Of a stretch of DNA of 64,000 bases, positions 19,706 to 29,075 are shown piece after piece. The notes beneath the pieces are model-generated. The model made no database searches. It had not been told where the DNA came from and worked only from the letters and a program-made list of their open reading frames with translations. The position numbers and the translations under genes are program-made. The DNA comes from an uncultured Spirochaetota bacterium (GTDB taxonomy: Bacteria > Spirochaetota > Brevinematia > Brevinematales > JAOACQ01): assembly GCA_963768055.1 (NCBI GenBank), contig CAVYGN010000001.1:53590-117589 (forward strand), written 5' to 3'. Numbering within the stretch: the first letter of the stretch is position 1; each line of letters starts with the position of its first letter.

Positions 19706-20122
19706 ATGCTGCAGGAATTTATCCATCGTAAAACGCTTGCCCATGAGGGAGTTTACGATATTACCTCCGAAGTGAAGTCTATCGTCGCCAGGAGCGGTAT
19801 AAGAACCGGCCTTGTCAATATATATGTACAGGGCGCTACAGCCGCTATAATGATCCAGGAGAACTGGGATGAAAGCGTTCAGACCGATGTGATCAACCTC
19901 CTCCGAAAGCTTATTCCGGCGGGTGTCTGGCTTCATGACAGCCAGGATAATAATGGGGATTCTCATCTCAAATCCGGGCTTATCGGGCCTGGAAAGACAG
20001 TTCCGGTTATAAACGGAGAACCCGGCCTTTCCACCTGGCAGAACATCTTTCTCTGCGAGTTCGACGGGCCAAGGGAAAGCAGGGATATAATTGTCACAGT
20101 TGTTGGAGAGCCCTCCCCATGA
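19706..20122 (+). CDS. YjbQ family protein (secondary thiamine-phosphate synthase)
   Basis: TAAIMIQEN, HDSQDNNGDSHLKS, LSTWQNIFLCEFDGPR. Confidence 0.9.
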   Translation: MLQEFIHRKTLAHEGVYDITSEVKSIVARSGIRTGLVNIYVQGATAAIMIQENWDESVQTDVINLLRKLIPAGVWLHDSQDNNGDSHLKSGLIGPGKTVPVINGEPGLSTWQNIFLCEFDGPRESRDIIVTVVGEPSP

Positions 20123-20225
20123 TATCCATGTTTCGTTAAACTCCGGTAAGAATTGTGGCATATCCCTTGACATCTAGCCCATATTTAATGTAACATTATT
20201 GATTCATTAATAAGGAGGGTTTAAT

Positions 20226-20501
20226 ATGAACAAAGGTGAACTCGTTGAATTCCTGGTTGATAAGGCCAAATTGAGCAAGGCGGAAGCCGGAAGAATTTTT
20301 GACTATGTGATCGAAGGAATTCAGCATGGTCTTAAGAAAACAAAAGAGGTCGCTTTAGTAGGTTTTGGGACTTTCAAAGTCGTTGACAAGCCGGCAAGGG
20401 AAGGAAGAAACCCTAAAACAGGTGAGAAAATTAAGATCGCGGCAAAAAGAGCGGTTTCCTTCAAAGCAGGTAAGGGTTTAAAGGAATCCGTGGCAAAGTA
20501 A
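20226..20501 (+). CDS. hup: DNA-binding protein HU
   Basis: LVGFGTF..REGRNPKTGEKIKI..FKAGKGLK. Confidence 0.95.
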   Translation: MNKGELVEFLVDKAKLSKAEAGRIFDYVIEGIQHGLKKTKEVALVGFGTFKVVDKPAREGRNPKTGEKIKIAAKRAVSFKAGKGLKESVAK

Positions 20502-20724
20502 GGGTCTGATCTGCCGGCTCGCTGCTCCCGGGCGTATAAAATAAAAAACTAGCTTGCAGCTATTTGTCAAGGTATCGATTTATTTCGGCATTGCCGATGA
20601 AAATTGTCCTTGGCCGGATTCGGCCTGGATTTTTTTATCGAAGCAATGCGAGATATCGGTGTGTGGTATATGATAATCCATATACGATGGCTATGGATAA
20701 ATCGAAGGGATAAACGGAGGATTT

Positions 20725-21606
20725 ATGAAAAATAATCTTATTATATTCTTCATTTCTGACGCTTTGATATTTTTGTTAGCAGCCTGTTCGGGTAATGGAA
20801 AGACGGCTTCAAGCAGTTCAAGCGCCAGCTCTGTTGCCAGCTCCAGTTCAATTTTATCGTCCTCTTCAAGCTCCGTATCTTCAAGCCTAGCTACTTCCTA
20901 TTCCCATTCCAGTTCAACTATTCCTACTTATACCGTTACCTACAATCCTAACAAAGCAAAGGGGGGAAAAGTTCCAACCGACCCGAATAATTATACGAAT
21001 GGGGAAGCTGCTACAGTATTAAGTAATTCCGGCAGTCTGGTTAATACCGGATCGATCTTTGCAGGATGGAACACAAAGGCTGACGGAACAGGAACCAGTT
21101 ATGCCGCAGGAACCACTTTCATTGTCAATGCTGCAAACATAACGTTTTATTCTATATGGCTTCCCCACAACCTTTCTTTTTCCAGTTCAGGGAAGAGCAT
21201 CGTTATAGAAGGCCATTCTTCAGCTCCAATCGGAGATCTTGTTATTCCCGACGGCGTCACAATCGTAGGGTGGAATGCCTTTATTAACTGTTCAAGCCTG
21301 ACAGGAGTAACAATCCCCTCCACCCTGGCCGGCATCGGCGACAGCGCTTTTGACGGCTGTACAAACCTTGTAAGCGTAATCATTCCTTCAAACGTAACCA
21401 GTATCGGCAATTATGCATTTTATAGCTGCACCGGCCTTACAAATGTTACCGTTAAGGGAAGAACCCCTCCAGGCCTTGAACCTGGATCTAAGGCATTTAA
21501 TTTATGCCATGCAGGTCTGCAGATACATGTCCCGGCCGGTACCCTGATTTCTTATCAATCGGCAACCGGCTGGAGTGATTATGCATCTATAATTGTTTCT
21601 CCTTAA
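20725..21606 (+). CDS. lipoprotein with Ser-rich linker, InlB B-repeat and BspA-type leucine-rich repeats
   Basis: LLAAC lipobox; YTVTYN..FAGWNTKADGTGTSY; IPSNVTSIGNYAFYSCTGLT repeats. Confidence 0.85.
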   Translation: MKNNLIIFFISDALIFLLAACSGNGKTASSSSSASSVASSSSILSSSSSSVSSSLATSYSHSSSTIPTYTVTYNPNKAKGGKVPTDPNNYTNGEAATVLSNSGSLVNTGSIFAGWNTKADGTGTSYAAGTTFIVNAANITFYSIWLPHNLSFSSSGKSIVIEGHSSAPIGDLVIPDGVTIVGWNAFINCSSLTGVTIPSTLAGIGDSAFDGCTNLVSVIIPSNVTSIGNYAFYSCTGLTNVTVKGRTPPGLEPGSKAFNLCHAGLQIHVPAGTLISYQSATGWSDYASIIVSP

Positions 21607-21717
21607 TTATTTGCCGGCAGGTATTTTTAATAAAATTGATTTGACCAATTTCTTTAAAAACATTAAATTAAAATAAAAATATATTAATTATTAGAAGCGT
21701 TATAAGGAAAGGAGCTT

Positions 21718-23265
21718 ATGGGAGCAATAGAAACCAGGACTGCAAAAATTTATCTTGATGAAAATGGGGTTCTCAGAATTGTATTTACGGCCGCACTCGA
21801 CTCCGGGGAAGACGAGAGGGAAAATATCGAGGCTATTGACAAAATCACGGAAAAACAAAAATACCCTCTTCTAATAGATTTTTCGGGAGTAACTGAAATC
21901 CCCCCCCTGTCCAGAAAGTTTTTTGAATCTAAAGATGCTTTCAATCCCATTTCAGCTATGGCGGTGCTTTTGGGGCCGGCTGTAAGCAAAATGACGGAGG
22001 ACTTTTTCACCGGTTTAATGAATCAGCCCGGCCTGGCTATGAAACTTTTTAATGATGAAGACAAAGCGCTTTTGTGGCTGAATAGCTTTATATCGGCCAG
22101 GTTTGAAGCCGAGCAGTATGCCGTAGACCGAAAAATATCAATATTAGAATTTAAGGATACGAAAACTTCCTTTATTATCTCCTGCGATGACGGGATAATC
22201 CGGATTTCATCTTTTTGGGACACTCATACGCTGGAAGACGCTAAAGAGGTGATTTCCGCTTTCAAGCTGATAGCGAAGGATAAAAAGCACCCGGTACTGG
22301 TAGATTCTTCAAGAGCAAAGGATATGTCGCCTGAAAGCATGAAATTTTACGGTTCTGACGAGGCTATGATATCCGTATCAGCCATTGCAATCATCATAAA
22401 ATCCGGAATTTCAAGAGTGATGGCGAATTTTTTTATGGATATCAGCAAAAGAAAATTCCCTCCCAGAAGGCTGTTTAACGATGAAAATAAGGCCGTTGAA
22501 TGGCTGAAAACCTTCATGGTTTCGAATTCGGCAGGGGAAACCGAACAGATTAATGTACTGGTTTATGAGCCCGTCAGCCAGATGCAGAAGCCAATCATAT
22601 ACACGCTGATAAAGAACGGCATCAAATGCCTGTGCCTGCAGGACAAAAAATTTATTATTAATAAATTAAACTCAAAAAAATTTAATGCTTTTATCTGCAA
22701 CTGTCCCCCCGGGGCGACGGAAATTATAGGAATTATTAAAGAAATAAGGCAGGACTCCGGTTTGAATTCCGTTAAAATCGTCCTCTGGACCGATGCTTCC
22801 TACAAAAGTTTTTTTGAGGAAATGATCAGGATCGGCATCAACGGGATCATTTTAAAGCCGTTTGTCGAGGAAGTATTTGAACAGAGCATTCTTAAAATAT
22901 TGTACGGAAAGGGAGGAGTTCCCGATCGCAGGCGGATTATCCGGGTTGAACCGGATGCCGGAGACAGAACCATTGTCGCAATCCGGTCAACCACCACTCA
23001 TAAGACAGTTGTCGGCAAAGTAAAATCCTTATCCATGGAGGGAATGGCGATCGAGCTGACCGGCGAACTTACAGATGAAGATCTTAGAGAAAAAGAAGTG
23101 ATAACCAATAATAACATCAAAATCACTCTAAATGAGAATGATATCAGCACGAACGGCGTCATATTCAAGAGAAAACAAAATATGGCGGTGATTAAATTCT
23201 ATGAAATGCAGGATTATTACAAAAACATGCTCAGTTCTTATATTTACGGCAGGCTCGGACTTTAA
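21718..23265 (+). CDS. multidomain signalling protein: two STAS/SEC14-like domains, pseudo-receiver, PilZ-like
   Basis: Duplicated P(L/V)L(I/V)D.S..LFNDE.KA..WL domain; receiver-like GINGIILKPF; RRIIRV..SLSMEGM. Confidence 0.65.
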   Translation: MGAIETRTAKIYLDENGVLRIVFTAALDSGEDERENIEAIDKITEKQKYPLLIDFSGVTEIPPLSRKFFESKDAFNPISAMAVLLGPAVSKMTEDFFTGLMNQPGLAMKLFNDEDKALLWLNSFISARFEAEQYAVDRKISILEFKDTKTSFIISCDDGIIRISSFWDTHTLEDAKEVISAFKLIAKDKKHPVLVDSSRAKDMSPESMKFYGSDEAMISVSAIAIIIKSGISRVMANFFMDISKRKFPPRRLFNDENKAVEWLKTFMVSNSAGETEQINVLVYEPVSQMQKPIIYTLIKNGIKCLCLQDKKFIINKLNSKKFNAFICNCPPGATEIIGIIKEIRQDSGLNSVKIVLWTDASYKSFFEEMIRIGINGIILKPFVEEVFEQSILKILYGKGGVPDRRRIIRVEPDAGDRTIVAIRSTTTHKTVVGKVKSLSMEGMAIELTGELTDEDLREKEVITNNNIKITLNENDISTNGVIFKRKQNMAVIKFYEMQDYYKNMLSSYIYGRLGL

Positions 23266-23302
23266 AACCGGCATCTATACCCGGTAAAAATACCTCTATT
23301 AT

Positions 23303-24055
23303 TCAATCGTTGGTCGGATTAAAAATATCCAGTTCGTTTTGCGCTTTTACCGCCTCGTGAACGTTTAGATTTAATTTTTTGTTCAGCGATACCGATTTGT
23401 CCCAATAATCGACTGCCCCCGCGATATTTGTTTTTGATTTCTGCAGTTCTCCGAGAAAATAATAAGCGGCTATCATATATCCTTCCAGGCTGGAATTTTC
23501 AGAATATGCTTTTTGGACGAAATCGTAATCGGCTGCGGCAATATCCCGTTTTTTAAAAAAATCCGGCAGATTGATAAAAAGATTGGCCCTCTGGTATCTT
23601 ACAAACCATTCTATAGGCTTGCCCCCGGCAATCCTGACCGCATTATCGAAAATGGAAATTGCATTGTTTACCTCGAAGAATTTTTCCAGCCCGTCTTTGG
23701 AATCCCGGCTTACCAGAGAATGTCCCAGGCCAAGGTAAACCATTGCGAAAGGATTTTCCTTTTCTTTATTTAAGAATTTTTCCACATGCGATACAATATT
23801 CCTTGAATTGGTAATGTCCGGGTTTTCCCCTGAAGACGATAAGGCCGTGTATAAAATTCCAATGGCCAGGTCCGCATAATAATCCTTGGGATCGCCGATC
23901 AGTCTTTGTTCGTATTCGGTAATTTTTGCCCGGATCTTTTCCCGGGAATAATTAAAATAATTGTTTAAACCGAAGCATTCGTCAAAATCCGTTGAAAACA
24001 TGGATGATGCGGCTATAAAAGCTAAAATCCCCGATACTGCTATTCTCTTAATCAT
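23303..24055 (-). CDS. exported helical-repeat (TPR-like) hypothetical protein
   Basis: Signal peptide; AMVYLGLGH and AAYYFLGELQ helical repeats. Confidence 0.6.
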   Translation of the reverse strand: MIKRIAVSGILAFIAASSMFSTDFDECFGLNNYFNYSREKIRAKITEYEQRLIGDPKDYYADLAIGILYTALSSSGENPDITNSRNIVSHVEKFLNKEKENPFAMVYLGLGHSLVSRDSKDGLEKFFEVNNAISIFDNAVRIAGGKPIEWFVRYQRANLFINLPDFFKKRDIAAADYDFVQKAYSENSSLEGYMIAAYYFLGELQKSKTNIAGAVDYWDKSVSLNKKLNLNVHEAVKAQNELDIFNPTND

Positions 24056-24213
24056 AATATTGCTCCTGCCTGTAACATCATGACGCGCCGGCTATTTGAA
24101 GCGCCTTTAATGCAGACAATTATAGCATGAATATCAGCCGGTTAAAAGTGATTTTTGACAAGATGGTCAAAAGGCATTATGAAGTGATTTATTCTTTGCA
24201 TGACAGGATGAAT

Positions 24214-24531
24214 TCAGCAGCATCCGCCGGATTCCGGCTCTTTACAGGACTGCGGCCCCCCGCACCCGCATTCGGGAGATTTATTCCCGAAAATGCCGCT
24301 GATTACCGCGGCGGCACATCCGACACCGGAATTGACTTCGATTGCACCGGCCGGGCAATTTATCCGGCAGGCCCCGCATTCCATGCATGCGTCTCTTATA
24401 ACTATCAATGCTTTTTTATCAAGCAGCTTGAAAACATTATGCGGGCAAACTTCTATACAATTGCCGCATCCGGTGCATTTATCGATGTCCAATGCCAGGC
24501 TCCCGCCGTTTTTAATATATTTCCAGATCAC
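24214..24531 (-). CDS. hgcB: mercury methylation ferredoxin HgcB
   Basis: Two CX2CX2CX3C motifs including CMECGAC; C-terminal CC; directly after hgcA. Confidence 0.95.
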   Translation of the reverse strand: MIWKYIKNGGSLALDIDKCTGCGNCIEVCPHNVFKLLDKKALIVIRDACMECGACRINCPAGAIEVNSGVGCAAAVISGIFGNKSPECGCGGPQSCKEPESGGCC

Positions 24532-24533
24532 TG

Positions 24534-25562
24534 TTACCCTCCGATATTCAGAATTTTTAAAATATTTAATACGATCCCTCCCGCAAAGGCCGCGGCCATA
24601 ACGGGCAGCGATCTTTTAACCTCGAGAGTCGCGCCGGTTTGATTTGTAAATGTCGTCGATCCCGTAAAATTCATGGCTATAAACGATATTACGGGAATCG
24701 TTATAAGGGCCAGTAATAGCGACCCGTAAATTGAAAGCCTGCATATCCATGCCGCCGGTAAGCAATATATAATACCGAGAACGCCGCCCTTTAAAGAAAA
24801 GGCCCTGAAAGGCAGGTATGGGAGCAGCAGGGGAAATACAAAAACTCCTGAAAGAACGGAAAAAATGTAAGCGGTAAGAAGCGGCGTAAGTCTTTGTATA
24901 TAAGTTTTGTCTAAAGGCAGGCTGAAAACAGAGCCGAGAATAATGAGAACAGAAACAAGCCACATGCTTTGAACCAGTTCCACCGGAGCCACTATAAGCC
25001 TGTCCTTCCAGTTGAAGCTTACCTCGCTCATGCGGGCGTCTTTTTTCATCCCTTTTGCCATGAATCGTTTTATATCGCCTGCACGGACAGGGCCGTATGT
25101 AATTTCAAATTTTGTCATCATGCGGGCCTTATAAGAAGACACTCCTACAGCGCCAAGCTGCGGCAGGATGATTTTCCTGTGCCTTACGATCCTTTCGAGC
25201 CCCGATTCTAATATTCTTTTTACAAGCTCCATTGTTCCGAAAGTACCCTTTCCGGCTGCGCACCAGACGTTGATGCCCCTGGTATCGAGAACGATCAGCC
25301 AGGCGTCCAAGCCTTCAAGGTTTTTTCTAACAATGTCGAAAGAAAGTTTATAGTTGGCCGTGACAAATACAGGTGAGTCCTGATCCGGTTTCCCGATCCC
25401 GTAAAGCCCCGGAGAAACCCTGTAATTTCCTCTCCCGATATCGAGCCTGACCATAAGGCCGCCAATCCAGTCTGTAAAGGTGAGCTTAGTCGATATTAAA
25501 GGAATTTGCCGGTTGGAAATGCCGGCATAACCACTTATATAAGGTTCCCTTTTATCCATCAT
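24534..25562 (-). CDS. hgcA: mercury methylation corrinoid protein HgcA
   Basis: Cap-helix NVWCAAGKG, VTANYKLSFD, C-terminal TM domain ending FTGSTTFT; start may be the second Met (25559). Confidence 0.97.
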   Translation of the reverse strand: MMDKREPYISGYAGISNRQIPLISTKLTFTDWIGGLMVRLDIGRGNYRVSPGLYGIGKPDQDSPVFVTANYKLSFDIVRKNLEGLDAWLIVLDTRGINVWCAAGKGTFGTMELVKRILESGLERIVRHRKIILPQLGAVGVSSYKARMMTKFEITYGPVRAGDIKRFMAKGMKKDARMSEVSFNWKDRLIVAPVELVQSMWLVSVLIILGSVFSLPLDKTYIQRLTPLLTAYIFSVLSGVFVFPLLLPYLPFRAFSLKGGVLGIIYCLPAAWICRLSIYGSLLLALITIPVISFIAMNFTGSTTFTNQTGATLEVKRSLPVMAAAFAGGIVLNILKILNIGG

Positions 25563-26007
25563 GGACCTCGCTTGTTGTTTTTTTTCTCAGGGCGTCGGCG
25601 AAAAGTTTGAAGGATTCAACCACGCCGGCATGTTTATAATCGGGTATGTATTTAAAAATATCCAGGTATATTTTGTTCCATAACGAATTTATCTCACAGG
25701 TAATTCTATAGCCGGTTTCCGTCAGTTTAAGGTTAGTATATCTCCTGTCTTTAGGATTTTCAGACCTTTCAATAAAACCCGATTTGAACAATTCGTCGGC
25801 TGTCCTGCTCAAAGTGCTTTTATCAAGGTCGAGGGCTAGGGAAAGCTGTTTTATTGTAAGTTCTCCCTGCGATTCTATCTCCATTAGCATGTGACATTGA
25901 GGCACGGTGATCCCGCAGCAGCAATCGCCGTTTGCAAACTGCCTTTCTATCGCCCTTTCTATTACCCTGATCGATTTTCTGAAAATTCCTAACTTTAATT
26001 CGTCCAT
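25552..26007 (-). CDS. MarR family regulator with DCCC motif
   Basis: ITVPQCHML, LDLDKSTLSR, ENPKDRR; overlaps the hgcA start. Confidence 0.9.
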   Translation of the reverse strand: MDELKLGIFRKSIRVIERAIERQFANGDCCCGITVPQCHMLMEIESQGELTIKQLSLALDLDKSTLSRTADELFKSGFIERSENPKDRRYTNLKLTETGYRITCEINSLWNKIYLDIFKYIPDYKHAGVVESFKLFADALRKKTTSEVHDG

Positions 26008-26041
26008 ATTTTATCCGGTTTATTGAGTGTGTATAACAACT

Positions 26042-26070
26042 ATTGTAACACACAACTACGATAATGTCAA
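26042..26070 (-). promoter_or_regulatory. sigma70 promoter of marR-hgcAB
   Basis: TTGACA-17 bp-TACAAT; -35 overlaps the GH1 stop; imperfect IR (GTGTGT..ACAA-N3-TTGT..ACACAC) overlaps the -10. Confidence 0.7.
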
Positions 26071-27410
26071 TAGCCGTTGTTATCAATAACCGATTTAAGC
26101 CACAAGCCGCTTTTCTTGACTGTCCTCTTTTGCGTTTTAAAATCCACATGAACAAGCCCGAATCTCTGTGAATACCCGGCGTTCCATTCAAAGTTATCCA
26201 TGAAGGACCATACAAAATAACCGGCCAGGTTTACTCCGGCTTGTATCGCCCGGTGGGCCTGGAATATATGTTCCCGGATATAATTAATCCTGTTATCGTC
26301 ATTAACTTTCCCCTGCGGGTTTAAAACATCCTTAAAGGCCGCTCCGTTCTCGGTTATCATCATTTTTATGCCATTGTATTCCCTGTGAAGATAAAGCAAT
26401 AGATCGTAAAGGCCTGCGGGATATATTTCCAATCCCGAGCCGGTCGTTTCCTTTCCTGTTTTTGTAAAGGAAGTTTGAAGATAGGGTTTACCGGGATCAT
26501 GCCTTGCCGAATTGCTTGTATAATAATTTACACCTAAAAAATCAATCGGGGTATTTATTATATCCATGTCGTCTTTTTTTATTTCAGGAAAATCTGCTGT
26601 CTCAGAAAACCAATTGACCAGCTCGGGCGGATATTGCCCTTTCATTACAGGGTCGAGGAACCAGCCGTTATAAAAATCGTTGTAACGCCTCGCTGCGGCA
26701 ATGTCCCTCTCATCCATTGACGCGGGGTAGACCGGATTCAGGTTAAGCTTTATCCCGATTTCGCCCTTCATTCCCATTTCACGGAAAGCGCGGACGGCCC
26801 TGCCATGCGAGAGCAGGATATTATGAGAAACGGATAGCGCTATTGAAAGATCCTTGATCCCAGGCGGATGCCCGCCGTACAAGTTGCCCGCAAAGGCGCT
26901 CACCCAGGGCTCGTTGAATGTCGCCCAGATTGGGACCATATCTCCAAGTTCCCTGAATACATAGCGGGAGTATTCTTCGAAATAATTAATAGTTTCCCCG
27001 GCGGCCCAGCCTCCGATATCCTGGAGTTTCTGGGGCAGGTCCCAGTGATACAGGGTAGCCGCAGGTTTAATTCCGTTTTCAAGAAGCAGACCGGCAAGTC
27101 TCCTGTAAAAATCGATTCCCTTTTTATTAGGTTTTCCTTTGCCTTCCGGAAATATCCTCGGCCAGGAAACGGAAAAAAAGTAAGATTTGAATCCGAGGTC
27201 TTTAAGAAGTTTTACATCCTTCTCATAAAGATGATAATGGTCGCAGGCGACATCGCCGTTATCGTTGTTGAATATCTTTCCAGGCCGCAGGTGAGTGAAG
27301 CGGTCCCAGATCGATTCCCCCTTCCCGTCTTCCAGGTAAGCGCCCTCGATCTGATATGAGGCGCTCGACGCGCCCCAGATGAAGCCATGCGGAAAAACTA
27401 ACCCCGGCAT
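26067..27410 (-). CDS. GH1 beta-glucosidase
   Basis: WGASSASYQIEG, TFNEP (acid/base), ITENG (nucleophile), WSFMDNFEW. Confidence 0.95.
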   Translation of the reverse strand: MPGLVFPHGFIWGASSASYQIEGAYLEDGKGESIWDRFTHLRPGKIFNNDNGDVACDHYHLYEKDVKLLKDLGFKSYFFSVSWPRIFPEGKGKPNKKGIDFYRRLAGLLLENGIKPAATLYHWDLPQKLQDIGGWAAGETINYFEEYSRYVFRELGDMVPIWATFNEPWVSAFAGNLYGGHPPGIKDLSIALSVSHNILLSHGRAVRAFREMGMKGEIGIKLNLNPVYPASMDERDIAAARRYNDFYNGWFLDPVMKGQYPPELVNWFSETADFPEIKKDDMDIINTPIDFLGVNYYTSNSARHDPGKPYLQTSFTKTGKETTGSGLEIYPAGLYDLLLYLHREYNGIKMMITENGAAFKDVLNPQGKVNDDNRINYIREHIFQAHRAIQAGVNLAGYFVWSFMDNFEWNAGYSQRFGLVHVDFKTQKRTVKKSGLWLKSVIDNNGY

Positions 27411-27532
27411 TTTTCACCCGGGCAGCCGCACGGTGCGGGCGGCCTGCAATCCGTGTTTTCCGGGCCGCAGCATTCGCAATCGATGCCTTTTTGCTTTGAA
27501 ACGCCTTCCATTTCCTTTTTGAACTCAAACAT
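27398..27532 (-). CDS. 44-aa Cys-rich mini-protein (not in ORF track)
   Basis: AGGAGG, 7 nt, ATG; MFEFKKEMEGVSKQKGIDCECCGPENTDCRPPAPCGCPGEKCRG*; 7 Cys; stop overlaps the GH1 start; lies directly behind an ECF-type promoter copy. Confidence 0.7.
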   Translation of the reverse strand: MFEFKKEMEGVSKQKGIDCECCGPENTDCRPPAPCGCPGEKCRG

Positions 27533-27562
27533 AATTGAGCCTCCTGAATTATTTTTCATAAT

Positions 27563-27598
27563 ATATGACGTAAGTTTCCCTGAAAGGACGCAAAATCC
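27563..27598 (-). promoter_or_regulatory. ECF sigma-type promoter, copy 1
   Basis: Minus strand TGCGTC-16 bp-CGTC; 34/36 identical to copy 2. Confidence 0.75.
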
Positions 27599-27637
27599 AT
27601 GATAATTTGCAGTGCCATTGTAAAAAAACCTTGCATT

Positions 27638-28996
27638 TTATTCTCCTCTTACAATATTTAGCAAGCAGGACGGCCGGACAGTATAGGACCTGATAAGATC
27701 GGCGAGTTCCTCCCATCCGGTGCAGTTTTCCAGTAAAAAAGACCTTGGATAATCTTTGATCTCCTCCCAGGGAATAGACTGCAATACAGGTTTGAAAAAC
27801 TGGCGGATTTGAAGCTCATCAAGAAAAGAAAAAATCCTGAATTTCAACTGTTCTTTTACTTTGTAATCAATTGCTGAAGAAAACCTGTCCTCCAGCATTT
27901 TGAATATTTCCACTGCTATAGCGGAATTACCGAGGCCCCGTCTTTGATCCCTGATTTTATCGGCCATTGACGCCCATTTTGTGCCGTTCTTCGGATAAAC
28001 CAATCCCATTGCCCCGATATCTTTATAAGCCCAATAAGTCCATGAAATGCGGTATTTTTCAAAAAGATCGAGACAGTCTTTTACTAATTTCAGACCTTCC
28101 ATCAGCCTGCCTTTGGGAAAAAACCCTCCGGTCTCTCCAACCCACAGAGGCATGCCTGTTTTTTCTCTAAGGCCGATGAAATACGATAGTTTTTGTTCCA
28201 GTTCCGCTTTTCTTTTTTCAGGTTCTGCGGATAATAAAACATGCATACCGGGGTAAAAATGGAACGAAATAGCCTGCTGGCGCCCGCCTAAATTTTTAAA
28301 TAAATTAAAGTCCTTGGCCCAGTCGTCTCCTTCAAGGAATATTATGTGATTATTATCGATTTCTCGTATCTTACGGATCACCCTGTCATAAAAGACGTTG
28401 AAGGTATCGATATCAGGAACGAATGCGGGTTCATTGAGTATATCGAAACCGGCAATGATCGGATCATCCTTATACCTCTCCGCTATATATCCCCAGAGGT
28501 TGACGATTCTCTCTCTCGATGAGGCGTCTTCCCAGAACGTGCTGACCCCTGTATCACCCCCGCCATGCGAATCGGGGTTTTGGCCGCCGGGTGAAGAATG
28601 CATATCAAGGATAGCGAAAATATCATATTTACGGCAAAGCTCAAGCACCCGGTCTATATGTTTAAATCCTTCAGGTTTATACTCCCCCGGCGCCTGATCA
28701 TCTTCAAAACGCCTGTAATCGAGAGCCAGCCTTAAGGCGTTTATGCCCAGACTTTTTAATAATATAAAATCTTCTTCGGTAATGAAGAATCGCAGGTAAT
28801 CATCAAAAAATTGGGCGGAATTTTCGCTGCCGTAAACCCCGGCAAAAGTCTGTCGGATTCTCTTATTGGAGCCCGGTATTCCGATCATGAAATTTTCGAT
28901 ATTCATCCATGATCCTAACACAAACCCCCTTAAAATTATAGATGTGTTATGAAGGGTAAATTCCCCGTTTTTAGCTTGGATAAAACTTGTGTCCAT
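27638..28996 (-). CDS. GH5 glycoside hydrolase (cellulase family)
   Basis: ILDMHSSPGGQN, FDILNEP, FHFY, WVGETG; start placed at MDTSF because the longer ORF runs through the promoter. Confidence 0.9.
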   Translation of the reverse strand: MDTSFIQAKNGEFTLHNTSIILRGFVLGSWMNIENFMIGIPGSNKRIRQTFAGVYGSENSAQFFDDYLRFFITEEDFILLKSLGINALRLALDYRRFEDDQAPGEYKPEGFKHIDRVLELCRKYDIFAILDMHSSPGGQNPDSHGGGDTGVSTFWEDASSRERIVNLWGYIAERYKDDPIIAGFDILNEPAFVPDIDTFNVFYDRVIRKIREIDNNHIIFLEGDDWAKDFNLFKNLGGRQQAISFHFYPGMHVLLSAEPEKRKAELEQKLSYFIGLREKTGMPLWVGETGGFFPKGRLMEGLKLVKDCLDLFEKYRISWTYWAYKDIGAMGLVYPKNGTKWASMADKIRDQRRGLGNSAIAVEIFKMLEDRFSSAIDYKVKEQLKFRIFSFLDELQIRQFFKPVLQSIPWEEIKDYPRSFLLENCTGWEELADLIRSYTVRPSCLLNIVRGE

Positions 28997-29028
28997 GCTT
29001 TTTATTCCGTTAAAATATTTTCCACAAG

Positions 29029-29064
29029 ATATGACGTAAGTTTCCCTGAAAGGATGTAAAATCC
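29029..29064 (-). promoter_or_regulatory. ECF sigma-type promoter, copy 2
   Basis: ATATGACGTAAGTTTCCCTGAAAGGATGTAAAATCC on + strand; minus strand TACATC-16 bp-CGTC. Confidence 0.75.
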
Positions 29065-29075
29065 GGGATGTGTTT

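Noticed and set aside
19628-20173. 181-aa minus-strand ORF
   Set aside because: Antisense shadow of the clear YjbQ gene
24127-24642. 171-aa plus-strand ORF
   Set aside because: Antisense shadow of hgcB and the hgcA end
27259-27528. 89-aa basic minus-strand ORF
   Set aside because: No RBS and overlaps GH1 by 150 nt; the AGGAGG serves the ATG at 27532 in another frame
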